From assembly GCA_027623195.1 (NCBI GenBank), contig JAQBUT010000004.1, positions 81,609 through 145,608 on the forward strand: a stretch of DNA of 64,000 nt, given 5' to 3'. Made by a program: the position numbers and the translations under genes. Source of the stretch: Chloroflexota bacterium (GTDB lineage: Bacteria; Chloroflexota; Dehalococcoidia; Lucifugimonadales; JADFKI01). Under the pieces are notes generated by a model. It did no database searches and was not told where the DNA came from. It saw only the letters and a list, made by a program, of their open reading frames with translations. Position 1 is the first letter of the stretch. Every line of letters begins with the position of its first letter. Shown piece after piece: positions 26,793-35,238 of this stretch.

Positions 26793-28487
26793 TTAGTCGG
26801 GCTTCGCCGTGTGCGCCTTCCAGCGATTGATGGCAGCCTGCCCTCGCGGACTGGACTGCCTCTGAATCTGCACATTAATTAACGAGGGCCGCTCCAGCTT
26901 CATGCAACGCTCGATAGCGTAAGGAAGGTCCTCCGGGTTTTCCACCATCTCGCCGTAGCCTCCCAGCCCTCGCACAACCTGATCGTAGCGCGTCGGCAGC
27001 AGGTCTGTGGCAACAGGCTTGCCATAGACTCCTATCTGAATCTGGCGGTCTATGCCCCATGCAGAGTCGTTACCCATCACGGCAACTATAGCAAGGTGAT
27101 GGCGAACCGCCGTGTCGAACTCCATGCCGTTAAAACCAAAGGCCCCGTCGCCCGTAAATGCAAGCACCCGCCGGTTGGGATGAGCCAGCTTGCATGCCAT
27201 AGCCGTGGGTATGGTGTGGCCCAGCATTCCCAGCGTCGGCACGTACCACCAGCTCTTGGGGACCCTCGCCGGCAGGTAGGCACGACCCCAGTGGCAGTAG
27301 TCGCCGCCGTCGAAAACCAGGTAGTCGTCCTCGGCAAGATTCTGGCGTATGGCCTTGTGCACCGTCATAGCGTGTAGCGGGACCTGGGGCTCGGCAAACG
27401 TTTCCAGGTGCGCGTCCCACTCCTTGCGGGCCTCCGATAGCACTTTGAGCCAGGGGAGGTCTTTCCAGGTGTGCTTGGCCGCCTCGGCTGTTAGCTGCTC
27501 CACAACCGCGCCGACGTCGCCAGCTATGCCAACGGCAACGCCCCTGTTACGGCCAATCTCAGCTTCGGATGGGTCGATCTGGATTATCTTGGCATTTGCA
27601 TTTATCACGGGCGGCATTGCGTAGCCCATAATCAGGTCCTGCTTACGACCCATCAGCACGACCACGTCGGCGTCTCCCACCATCTGCGCCGCGCGGTTAA
27701 GCGCCCTGTCGAAGAAGCCGAAGCAGTACTGGTGCTCGTCGGAAACCAGTCCCCGCGCGTCACCCTCCGTCATTAGTGGCAGCTTCGTTGCCTCAATAAA
27801 TTTGGCCAGGTATTCGCCGTTGCTGGTGTAGGCCGCCGCGCTTCCCGCTATAAGCAGAGGCCTCTCGGCGCTGTTAAGAATCTCGATAGCCTGGCGGACC
27901 TGGTCCTCGGACGCTCTGGCCGCCCCTATTCCGCGATATTCGGACGGCTCGTAAAATTTCACCTCGTCCTCGGATACGAACTCCTGCTGAAGGTCCACGG
28001 GTATGGTCAAATGGACTGGCCCTCGCCTGCCGCTGTAGGCCACCCTGACAGCGTGAGCAATCATGTCGGGTATGCGCCGGGGGTCGGTGACCATCCACGC
28101 GCCCTTGGTAACGGGCTTGGCCATGCCTATCTGGTCGATTTCTTGCATAGCGCCGCGGCCAAGCTCGGAAATCTCCGCACAACCACTAATGGATATCACG
28201 GGGCTGCCTGAATGCATCGCGGCGGTCAGGCCGGGTATGGCGTTGGCGAATCCTGGCGTGGTGTACATGACAACGCCGGGCTGTCCCGTAATGCGCCCCC
28301 ATGCGTCCGCCATGTGTACGGCCGCCTGCTCGTGCCGCGTGTCTACGAACCGAAAGCCCATGTCATCCATGTCGTTCATCACGGGGAGAACATGGTCGCC
28401 TGCAATCCCAAAGACGTTCTTGACGCCCTCCAACTGCAAGGCCCTACCGATCAGTTGGCCCCCGCTGATTTTTCTGCTACTTGTCAT
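26793..28487 (-). CDS. thiamine-diphosphate-dependent enzyme, oxalyl-CoA decarboxylase / 2-hydroxyacyl-CoA lyase-like
   Basis: The RHEQ motif and the ThDP motif GDGAFGFNGMEFDT...GND are present. I chose the start at 28487 (MTSSRKISGGQLIG); the track ORF extends to 28925 but that extension overlaps the divergent gene. 28568 is an alternative start. Confidence 0.75.
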   Translation of the reverse strand: MTSSRKISGGQLIGRALQLEGVKNVFGIAGDHVLPVMNDMDDMGFRFVDTRHEQAAVHMADAWGRITGQPGVVMYTTPGFANAIPGLTAAMHSGSPVISISGCAEISELGRGAMQEIDQIGMAKPVTKGAWMVTDPRRIPDMIAHAVRVAYSGRRGPVHLTIPVDLQQEFVSEDEVKFYEPSEYRGIGAARASEDQVRQAIEILNSAERPLLIAGSAAAYTSNGEYLAKFIEATKLPLMTEGDARGLVSDEHQYCFGFFDRALNRAAQMVGDADVVVLMGRKQDLIMGYAMPPVINANAKIIQIDPSEAEIGRNRGVAVGIAGDVGAVVEQLTAEAAKHTWKDLPWLKVLSEARKEWDAHLETFAEPQVPLHAMTVHKAIRQNLAEDDYLVFDGGDYCHWGRAYLPARVPKSWWYVPTLGMLGHTIPTAMACKLAHPNRRVLAFTGDGAFGFNGMEFDTAVRHHLAIVAVMGNDSAWGIDRQIQIGVYGKPVATDLLPTRYDQVVRGLGGYGEMVENPEDLPYAIERCMKLERPSLINVQIQRQSSPRGQAAINRWKAHTAKPD

Positions 28488-28707
28488 ACCATAGTCGCTC
28501 CTCCGGAAAACACCATTTCGTACCCTGGCAATTGTATCTTCAAGGGCTGTACTGTCAAGTAAAGACATTTTTTTGTCTGAACGTTTTGGGGCGCTCAACA
28601 GGCAGAGTCGCTTCTTGACACAGACAGGCGCTGAGCCTAGACTCCGATTGCCTGTACAGGCGCTCCGACACTGTGTCTCGTAGCCGGTGATTAAGATAGG
28701 AAAGCCA

Positions 28708-29958
28708 ATGACTTCACAAAATAAGCCAGCCGCATTGCAGGGCATCAAAATCGTCGACTGGACCATATGGCAGTTCGGGCCCATCGCATCCACCATGCTG
28801 GGAGACCTGGGCGCTGACGTCATCAAGATCGAGTCGCTGGACGGAGACCCAGGCCGCACCGTGTTCCGCGCCGGCGGCGTTGATCGCAGCCTACCCGGCG
28901 GGCGCACATCGTATTTCGAGGCCATTCAGCGCAATAAACGCTCCATCGCCCTGGACCTCAAGAAGCAAGAGGGGGTAGATGTCGTCTTAAAAATGGTAGA
29001 AGACGCCGACGTTTTTATCCAAAATTTTAGGAAGGGAGTTGCGGAGCGTTTAGGGCTGTCCTACGAGGTGCTTCGAGAGATTAATCCCAAGCTCATATAC
29101 GCATCCGGGTCGGGCTACGGCCCCAAAGGCCCAGATGCAGAGATGCCCGCCTTGGACTCGGCTGCTCAGGCACGGAGTGGCCTAATGTACGCCACAGGAC
29201 CGGACGGATCGGACCCCTACCCCATTCAAGGCGTTGTTGGCGACCAGATCGGCGGCATCACTTTAGGCTGGGGCATTCTCGCGGCGCTAATGGCCCGGTC
29301 CATCCACGGCATAGGCCAGCAGGTGGATGCATCACATCTCGGAAGCGCCATTTGGCTGCAGGGATTGGCGGTTGGCATGGGCCAGCTCACCCTGGACCGA
29401 CCACCGTCCGAGATTAACAACAGCTACCACTCACCAAGAGACGCCGCTTTCAATCCTCTGGCCAACTACTACAAGTGCAAGAACGACCGCTGGATCATGC
29501 TTGCCAACTTCCAGGCAGACCGCTACTGGGCCGATTTCGCCCGCGCATTGGGCATCGAGGAGCTTATCGACGAGCCGAGGTTCCACGACATGGACGCGCG
29601 CGGAGAAAACAGGGGCGAGCTGATCGCCATATTAGACAAGAAGTTCTCGGAAAAGACCTACGAGCAGTGGGCGGAAATCCTGGCAAGCTCAGGCGACTTT
29701 ATCTTCTCGCCCGTGCAACGGCTATCGGAGCTTAAAGACGACCCGCAGGTGATCGCCAACGGCTACATCGCCGACGTCGACCATCCGACGCTGGGGCCGG
29801 TCAAGCTAGCCGACCACCCCCTGCGGTACAGCGAGACTCCTCACAGCATCCGCACCGTGGCCCCAGAGCTCGGCGAGCACACCGAAGAGATTCTTCTGGA
29901 GATGGGCTACGACTGGGACGCGATTGCCAGCTTACAGGAGAAAGGTGTGATTTTGTGA
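28708..29958 (+). CDS. family III CoA-transferase (CaiB/BaiF/Frc family)
   Basis: It has the N-terminal LQGIKIVDWT...GADVIKIE pattern and a GDQIGG Asp loop. The ATG at 28708 has an AGGAAAG RBS. Confidence 0.85.
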   Translation: MTSQNKPAALQGIKIVDWTIWQFGPIASTMLGDLGADVIKIESLDGDPGRTVFRAGGVDRSLPGGRTSYFEAIQRNKRSIALDLKKQEGVDVVLKMVEDADVFIQNFRKGVAERLGLSYEVLREINPKLIYASGSGYGPKGPDAEMPALDSAAQARSGLMYATGPDGSDPYPIQGVVGDQIGGITLGWGILAALMARSIHGIGQQVDASHLGSAIWLQGLAVGMGQLTLDRPPSEINNSYHSPRDAAFNPLANYYKCKNDRWIMLANFQADRYWADFARALGIEELIDEPRFHDMDARGENRGELIAILDKKFSEKTYEQWAEILASSGDFIFSPVQRLSELKDDPQVIANGYIADVDHPTLGPVKLADHPLRYSETPHSIRTVAPELGEHTEEILLEMGYDWDAIASLQEKGVIL

Positions 29959-30258
29959 GGGTGAAAGGTTAATTTGTTGGGCCTGCCCTTCGAAAAGCTC
30001 AGGGCAAACGGATTTCACCCCGCATATAGCAGCAGCGGGCACTAGGTTGATATAATGTAGCCGTCATGTTTGTTCATACAGGTGTGGCCACGCTCCGGGA
30101 TGTTCCACCGTCGCCGGGGCATTTTTTATGAACTCAATCATCCCCTAGCTCCCATGAAGGCGCAGACCGACACCGCGTAGGCCATTGACAGAGGCAAGGC
30201 CTTGCCATAGCCTGAAATAGGTGCCAGATTGGCATAGGTTTTCGGAGGTACGGCCCTT

Positions 30259-31248
30259 TTGACGACACTCGTGACCGGTTGCGCAGGATTTATAGGATCT
30301 AACGTTTGCCGCATGCTTACGGACAGCGGCGAGACTGTTGTAGGCGTGGACAACATGAACGACGCCTACGACGTTCGCCTGAAGCACTGGCGCATGGGCG
30401 AACTAGAATCCAGGCCTAACTTTCACTACTACCACCGCGACCTTTCAGACCTTGGCTCCATGAAGTCGCTATTCGTCAAATACGCCGCCGAAAGCAACCC
30501 ACCCTTCGCATCCGTCATCAGCATGGGCGCGCGGGCAGGGGTTCGTCCCAGCGTGGAGAATCCGTGGGTCTACTACGAGGCCAACACACTGGGCACTCTG
30601 AACCTGCTTGAGCTATGCAAGGACTTCGGCGTCAAGAAGTTCGTGCTCTCATCCACATCCAGCGCGTACGGCGACAACACGCCAATGCCGTTCAAGGAAG
30701 ACGCCAACACCAGCAATCCCCTTTCGCCATATGCGGCCTCCAAGAAGGCTGCCGAGACCATGGTGTTCACCTACCACCATTTGCACGACATAGACGCCAC
30801 CGTGCTCCGTTACTTCACCGTGTACGGTCCGGCCGGGCGACCCGACATGAGCATCTTCATTTTCGTCCGGGCCATAGCGGAGGGCCTACCCTTTACGGTG
30901 TTCGGCGACGGTCAGCAGTCGCGGGACTTCACATTCGTTGAGGACATTGCCAGGGGAACCATAGCGGCCACCAGGCCGGTGGGATACGAGATAGTTAACC
31001 TGGGCAACGACAAACCCGCAGTGCTCATGGATGTCATCAACATGATCGAGGACATGCTGGAGAAGAAGGCCAACATCGGCCACAAGCCCATGCACAAGGC
31101 CGACGTCCGTGCCACCTGGGCCAACATCGACAAGGCCCGGGACATTCTAGGGTGGGCGCCTCAAGTCCCCCTGGAAGACGGCCTAAAGCGCACAGTGGAC
31201 TGGTATATGAAGAACCAGGACTGGGCCAAGGACATTATTGTCGGTTAG
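30259..31248 (+). CDS. NAD-dependent epimerase/dehydratase (UDP-glucuronate 4-epimerase-like)
   Basis: It has the GCAGFIGSN Rossmann motif and the YAASK catalytic motif. The start is TTG with a GGAGG RBS. Confidence 0.8.
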   Translation: MTTLVTGCAGFIGSNVCRMLTDSGETVVGVDNMNDAYDVRLKHWRMGELESRPNFHYYHRDLSDLGSMKSLFVKYAAESNPPFASVISMGARAGVRPSVENPWVYYEANTLGTLNLLELCKDFGVKKFVLSSTSSAYGDNTPMPFKEDANTSNPLSPYAASKKAAETMVFTYHHLHDIDATVLRYFTVYGPAGRPDMSIFIFVRAIAEGLPFTVFGDGQQSRDFTFVEDIARGTIAATRPVGYEIVNLGNDKPAVLMDVINMIEDMLEKKANIGHKPMHKADVRATWANIDKARDILGWAPQVPLEDGLKRTVDWYMKNQDWAKDIIVG

Positions 31249-31463
31249 GCTTAGGACCGGTCCTACGTTCCTGAGTTTTGACCCTTATTCGGGAATATCT
31301 TCAGACTCACCACTTACAACACAAGAAAGTCGGCGGAGTCTTGATTGATTTCTGACAGAGCCTCAAAATGGCTTGACCGAATACTCACATTCAGTCAATT
31401 CCAAATAATGATGGCCAATAGCGTCAGGCACTAGTGGGGATAAGGACTGTGGATACTGAAGGC

Positions 31464-32259
31464 CTATCCTTCGTATCTCGCTACAACGAGGTTAAAGAGG
31501 TTGAACTTGCCTACCTCTGGGTAAAAGTAGTGGGCGTCGAACTTCTCGATGGTGAAACCATTTTCTTCTAGGTCCTTTAGAGACACTACGTTATCGGCGG
31601 CATGATAACTTTGAATGGCCTCACCAAGATTATGCGGAGCAATACCTCGGAGCTTACCAAAAGTCCTAAGAAAACTCATAGGATGGGCCTTCATATACCG
31701 GAGGTTGGTTTTCGTGGGCCACCTACGCGCGTGCCCACAGAAGGCTTCAACCTTCTCCAGATGTTGTTCTCAGTAGTATGTCGTCATAGAAGGTTGTTTT
31801 GAATACCGAAGGTCTCTGGACGTCGTATATGGCAGCGGCGGTCTGACCGTCATAGCGAAAATCCAACACCGGCAGGTCCGAAGACCCAATGGGGAAATCT
31901 ATAAGAATATAAGCGCCTGGATTGAGCAAGGCCTTCAATTCCCTAATGAATTTCGCATTACTGATTATGAAGAACGACGACCTAAAACAGGTAACTATAT
32001 CGGCTCTCAAAACATCACCAAGAGCGGAAAGATCGTTCAAGTCGTGGCGAAGAGCGCCGGAAATGTCGTCCAAGAACAGGTCGCATGGTCGGTATTGGAA
32101 CGGAAGATCTTGAAGCAGTTCCTCGACCACGATACTAGGTGCCCTTTCCGCCAACCCCAGTACTACAGGGTTGTTCGGCAACTTGGACCTCATATCATCA
32201 TATAGAGGCCTCACGGCCTCTTGTAACCAATTGAAATGGAATTCGTCGCTGACACCCAT
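31464..32259 (-). pseudogene. methyltransferase-fold-like hypothetical protein interrupted by a frameshift, in a low-GC islet
   Basis: ORF 32259-31747 ends at TGA. A second frame opens at 31769 and reads EQHLEKVEAFCGHA...MKAHPMSF... through to 31464. Local GC is about 38-45% against about 57% in the flanks. Confidence 0.5.
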
Positions 32260-32468
32260 GATAAAATCAAGATAGCATTATGAGACGAAAAAGGGCAAGG
32301 TGCAGTGGGATTTCCCCAATCCCTTTTCGACTACGGCATTCCGGACTAGGCACCGTAAGGGGTCCAAACATCGCGGCTAGTGCCACAAACGTTAATATCC
32401 AAATTGCAAACGAAATCCCGTGTCACGAATAACCTATCAAATCAAATAATAGGGAAGAAAGTGACTTC

Positions 32469-33083
32469 TTATGGTGCTCCTCGAAACAGCCCTAATGTCT
32501 CTAGCTCCAGCTCCACTTGCGCCATGGACTCGAACCGTATGCCGGTTATACCCAGGCTGGTGGCTGACTCTATGTTTTCAGCCACGTCGTCGATGAATAC
32601 GCACTCATCCGGCGACACGCCCAATACTTCCAGCCCAGAAGTAAAGAAGGCTGTGTCCGGCTTGCAATGGCCTAACTCGTAAGACAACAACGTGTCAGCG
32701 AAGAGCGCCAGCGCGGGCTGCAACTCTGCGCTGCGCTTGTAATGCTCCTCGTCCGTGTTGGAGCCCAGCACCAGTCTGTGTTTTCCCTTAACTCTTTCTA
32801 ACAAAGGCAGGGCTTCGAGATTTGGGGCCAGAATGGAATTCCAATGGCCCATGAGTTCGTCAGCGGGCATTTTGATGTCCAGGCTGGCCGCTACGCTGCT
32901 TGCGAACTCGCCTGTATCGATCTCCCCGCGCATGTAAGCGAGGTGCGTATCGCTGTTAAGGACGGTCTCTAGCACCTGCTCGGGAGCCATACCAGCCGCG
33001 CGTCCCAGGGGTTCGGTGGCGTGTTCCCAGTGCGTCCAGACGATCACACCGCCCATGTCGAATATTACTGTCGAAATCGCCAA
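32469..33083 (-). CDS. HAD-superfamily hydrolase
   Basis: The N-terminal VIFDMGGV motif (DxG variant of motif I) and a C-terminal FIDD motif are present. Length is 204 aa. Confidence 0.75.
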   Translation of the reverse strand: MAISTVIFDMGGVIVWTHWEHATEPLGRAAGMAPEQVLETVLNSDTHLAYMRGEIDTGEFASSVAASLDIKMPADELMGHWNSILAPNLEALPLLERVKGKHRLVLGSNTDEEHYKRSAELQPALALFADTLLSYELGHCKPDTAFFTSGLEVLGVSPDECVFIDDVAENIESATSLGITGIRFESMAQVELELETLGLFRGAP

Positions 33084-33151
33084 TTCGAACCCTCATTTCA
33101 ATAGTATCGAATATTTGATGAAGCCCATAACGAACCTGCAACGTTGGGCAT

Positions 33152-33180
33152 TTGAACCCTAGAATCTACCCTGTTATTAT
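33152..33180 (+). promoter_or_regulatory. sigma70-type promoter upstream of the peptidase-pan operon leader
   Basis: TTGAAC (33152-33157), a 17-nt spacer and TATTAT (33175-33180). Confidence 0.45.
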
Positions 33181-33221
33181 ATAGAGGCAGCCAATCCTAG
33201 CCGGGAACGGTGAGCATTACA

Positions 33222-33335
33222 ATGAAAATCGAACTAAGCGCCTTGGTAGGCGTCTGCGCAGCCACAATTGTAACGGGACAAAGCCTTTCTGACGAGGGTC
33301 GGAAAGGCTTTTGTCGTTGTTTGGGATGTATTTGA
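33222..33335 (+). CDS. candidate 37-aa leader peptide (MKIELSALVGVCAATIVTGQSLSDEGRKGFCRCLGCI)
   Basis: The ATG lies 7 nt after GGTGAG. The sORF reads through the leader terminator, and its TGA stop lies 8 nt before the 33344 ATG. It is too short to appear in the ORF track. Confidence 0.25.
   Translation: MKIELSALVGVCAATIVTGQSLSDEGRKGFCRCLGCI
33280..33323 (+). terminator. rho-independent terminator/attenuator inside the 5' leader of the peptidase-pan operon
   Basis: A perfect 10-bp stem (AAAGCCTTTC / GAAAGGCTTT) with a 12-nt loop is followed by TTTGTCGTTGTTT. It sits in a divergent promoter region with no upstream plus-strand gene to terminate. Confidence 0.55.
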
Positions 33336-33343
33336 CTGATTCA

Positions 33344-34318
33344 ATGGGCATTACAGACGTAGAGGGCGTGAAGGTGGGTCATAGTACTAACCTGGAGGCG
33401 GCAACCGGCTGTACCGTAATCCTGTGCGAGGACGGAGCCGTTGGTGGTGTCGACGTACGTGGCCCGTCGCCCGGCACCCGCGAGACGGACCTGTTGCGCC
33501 CCACGTATAACGTCAACGTCGTTCACGCCATCCTGCTCAGTGGGGGCAGCGCCTTCGGACTGGACGCTGCGTCGGGTGTCATGCGCTACCTTGAGGAGCG
33601 AGACATTGGGTACCAGGCTGGTGACGTTAAGGTGCCCATAGTCCCGGCGGCGATACTTTACGACCTGAGAATGATTACAAACAAGGTCCGCCCTGGACCT
33701 GAAGACGGCTACGCGGCCTGCGAAAGCGCCTCAAGAGAGCCTGTCGAAGAGGGCAGCGTTGGAGCCGGCACAGGAGCCACCGTGGGCAAGGTCATGGGCT
33801 ACGACCGGGGCGTCAAAGGCGGCATTGGAACATCCAGCATACATCTGGGCGACGGCCTTGTGGTGGGCGCAATAACTGCTGTTAACGCCATAGGCGGCGT
33901 GTACGAGCACCGCACGGGCGCGCTGGTTGCAGGCCCGCGTAACCCAGACTCCGGACTAATGTTGGATTCGCTGGAGCTCATGACCTCTCCAAACTTCAAG
34001 AGGCCGCAGGTGGTGCCGGGAACCAACACGACTATTGGAGTTGTGGCGACCAACGCCCGCCTAACGAAAGAGCAAGCCAACAAGCTAGCGTCATCGTCCC
34101 ACGACGGCCTGGCCATGGCGGTAAGACCTGCCCACCTAATGGGCGACGGAGACGTCATATTCGGGCTGGCAACTGGCAAGCACGAGCCAGAGGTCGAACT
34201 TAACCGGATACTGGCCGCCGCCGCGGTCTGCGTCAGCGATGCCATAGTGCGGGCCATTCGCATGGCCACAGGCCTGGGTGGAATTCCCTGCATTGGTGAG
34301 TTGGCAAAACATGACTAG
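33344..34318 (+). CDS. P1/S58 family peptidase (DmpA/BapA-like aminopeptidase)
   Basis: It has the N-terminal ITDVEGVKVGH pattern and a GGSAFG self-processing-type motif. The start could also be 33326 or 33311. Confidence 0.75.
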   Translation: MGITDVEGVKVGHSTNLEAATGCTVILCEDGAVGGVDVRGPSPGTRETDLLRPTYNVNVVHAILLSGGSAFGLDAASGVMRYLEERDIGYQAGDVKVPIVPAAILYDLRMITNKVRPGPEDGYAACESASREPVEEGSVGAGTGATVGKVMGYDRGVKGGIGTSSIHLGDGLVVGAITAVNAIGGVYEHRTGALVAGPRNPDSGLMLDSLELMTSPNFKRPQVVPGTNTTIGVVATNARLTKEQANKLASSSHDGLAMAVRPAHLMGDGDVIFGLATGKHEPEVELNRILAAAAVCVSDAIVRAIRMATGLGGIPCIGELAKHD

Positions 34319-35195
34319 TTTCAACCGGCAGTCGAAGATAGCCTTTCTGGGCGCAGGCAAGGTCGGTGGCTCTCTGGCGCTGGCCCTGGCAAACGCTGGC
34401 TATCCCGTAATAGCCGTGGCCAGCAGGACACAAGCCTCGGCCAACGAATTTGCCGAGCGGATCAGCGGCTGCGAAGCCTACCAGGGCTACCAGGAGGCGG
34501 CGGATTTGGCTGATGTGGCCTTCGTAACCACGTCGGACGACTACATTAGCCCGGTGGCAGCATCTGTGACGTGGAGCCAAGGTCAGGCGGTGGTGCACTG
34601 CTCCGGAGCGGCGTCGCTGGACCTGTTCGACGGACCAAAGGCCCAGGGCGCGATACCAGGGGCATTCCATCCGCTGCAAGCCTTCTCGTCTGTGGAAAAT
34701 GGGGTGAAGAGCATACCCGGCACAACGTTCGGCATTGAGGCCGGAGACGACATAAGGCCATACCTGGAGCGGATGGCCCACGATATCGGAGCGAATCCTG
34801 TCCTTCTGAGAGCTGAAGATAAGGTGCTCTACCACCTGAGCGGCGTCCTGATGGGCAACCTGCTCACCTGCCTTGTGGGCATCGCCGGCGGCGTTTGGGA
34901 GCACATAGGCTACACCCGCGCGGACGGCGTTAAAGCGCTGCTCCCCATGATGCGAGCGGTCGCTAACAATATCGAAGCGTCGGGCATACCGGGTGCGGTA
35001 GCTGGTCCTTATCCCCGCGGTGACATCGGCACCATAAACAAACACCTGGAGGCGCTGCGGGACCGTGATCCCAGCCTGCTTCCGCTTTACTGCGAACTCG
35101 CGCTCGCCGGGCTGCCCCAGGCTGTAGAGCGCGGCCTAAACGAAAACACAGGCGAAGAGATTCGCCGTAACATCGAGAAATTTCGAGAGCGATAA
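34311..35195 (+). CDS. Rossmann-fold DUF2520-type oxidoreductase, candidate ketopantoate reductase
   Basis: It has an N-terminal [14 protein letters not shown] dinucleotide-binding motif. It overlaps the upstream gene by 8 nt and lies directly upstream of panB-panC. Confidence 0.6.
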   Translation: MTSFNRQSKIAFLGAGKVGGSLALALANAGYPVIAVASRTQASANEFAERISGCEAYQGYQEAADLADVAFVTTSDDYISPVAASVTWSQGQAVVHCSGAASLDLFDGPKAQGAIPGAFHPLQAFSSVENGVKSIPGTTFGIEAGDDIRPYLERMAHDIGANPVLLRAEDKVLYHLSGVLMGNLLTCLVGIAGGVWEHIGYTRADGVKALLPMMRAVANNIEASGIPGAVAGPYPRGDIGTINKHLEALRDRDPSLLPLYCELALAGLPQAVERGLNENTGEEIRRNIEKFRER

Positions 35196-35238
35196 CGGAC
35201 ATAGGCCCTCACTCAAGAAAGACAAGAGGAGGTACCAG

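Noticed and set aside
28488-28925. The 146-codon N-terminal extension of the ThDP-enzyme ORF (the track gives 26793-28925, 710 aa).
   Set aside because: The extension is Arg/Ser/Pro/Cys-rich and overlaps the divergent CoA-transferase gene and the shared promoter region. The ThDP-family N-terminus (ISGGQLIGRALQLEGV) begins right after Met147, so the start is 28487, or at most 28568.
31747-31749. The TGA ending the first methyltransferase-like ORF, considered as a second selenocysteine codon.
   Set aside because: Reading through it in frame hits TAG eight codons later. The downstream ORF is in a different frame, and no redox motif surrounds the site. A frameshift explains the break better.
34233-35045. 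A 270-aa minus-strand ORF antisense to the DUF2520 gene.
   Set aside because: This is a shadow ORF with a low-complexity, Arg/His-rich translation. The plus-strand gene has a clear Rossmann motif and operon context.
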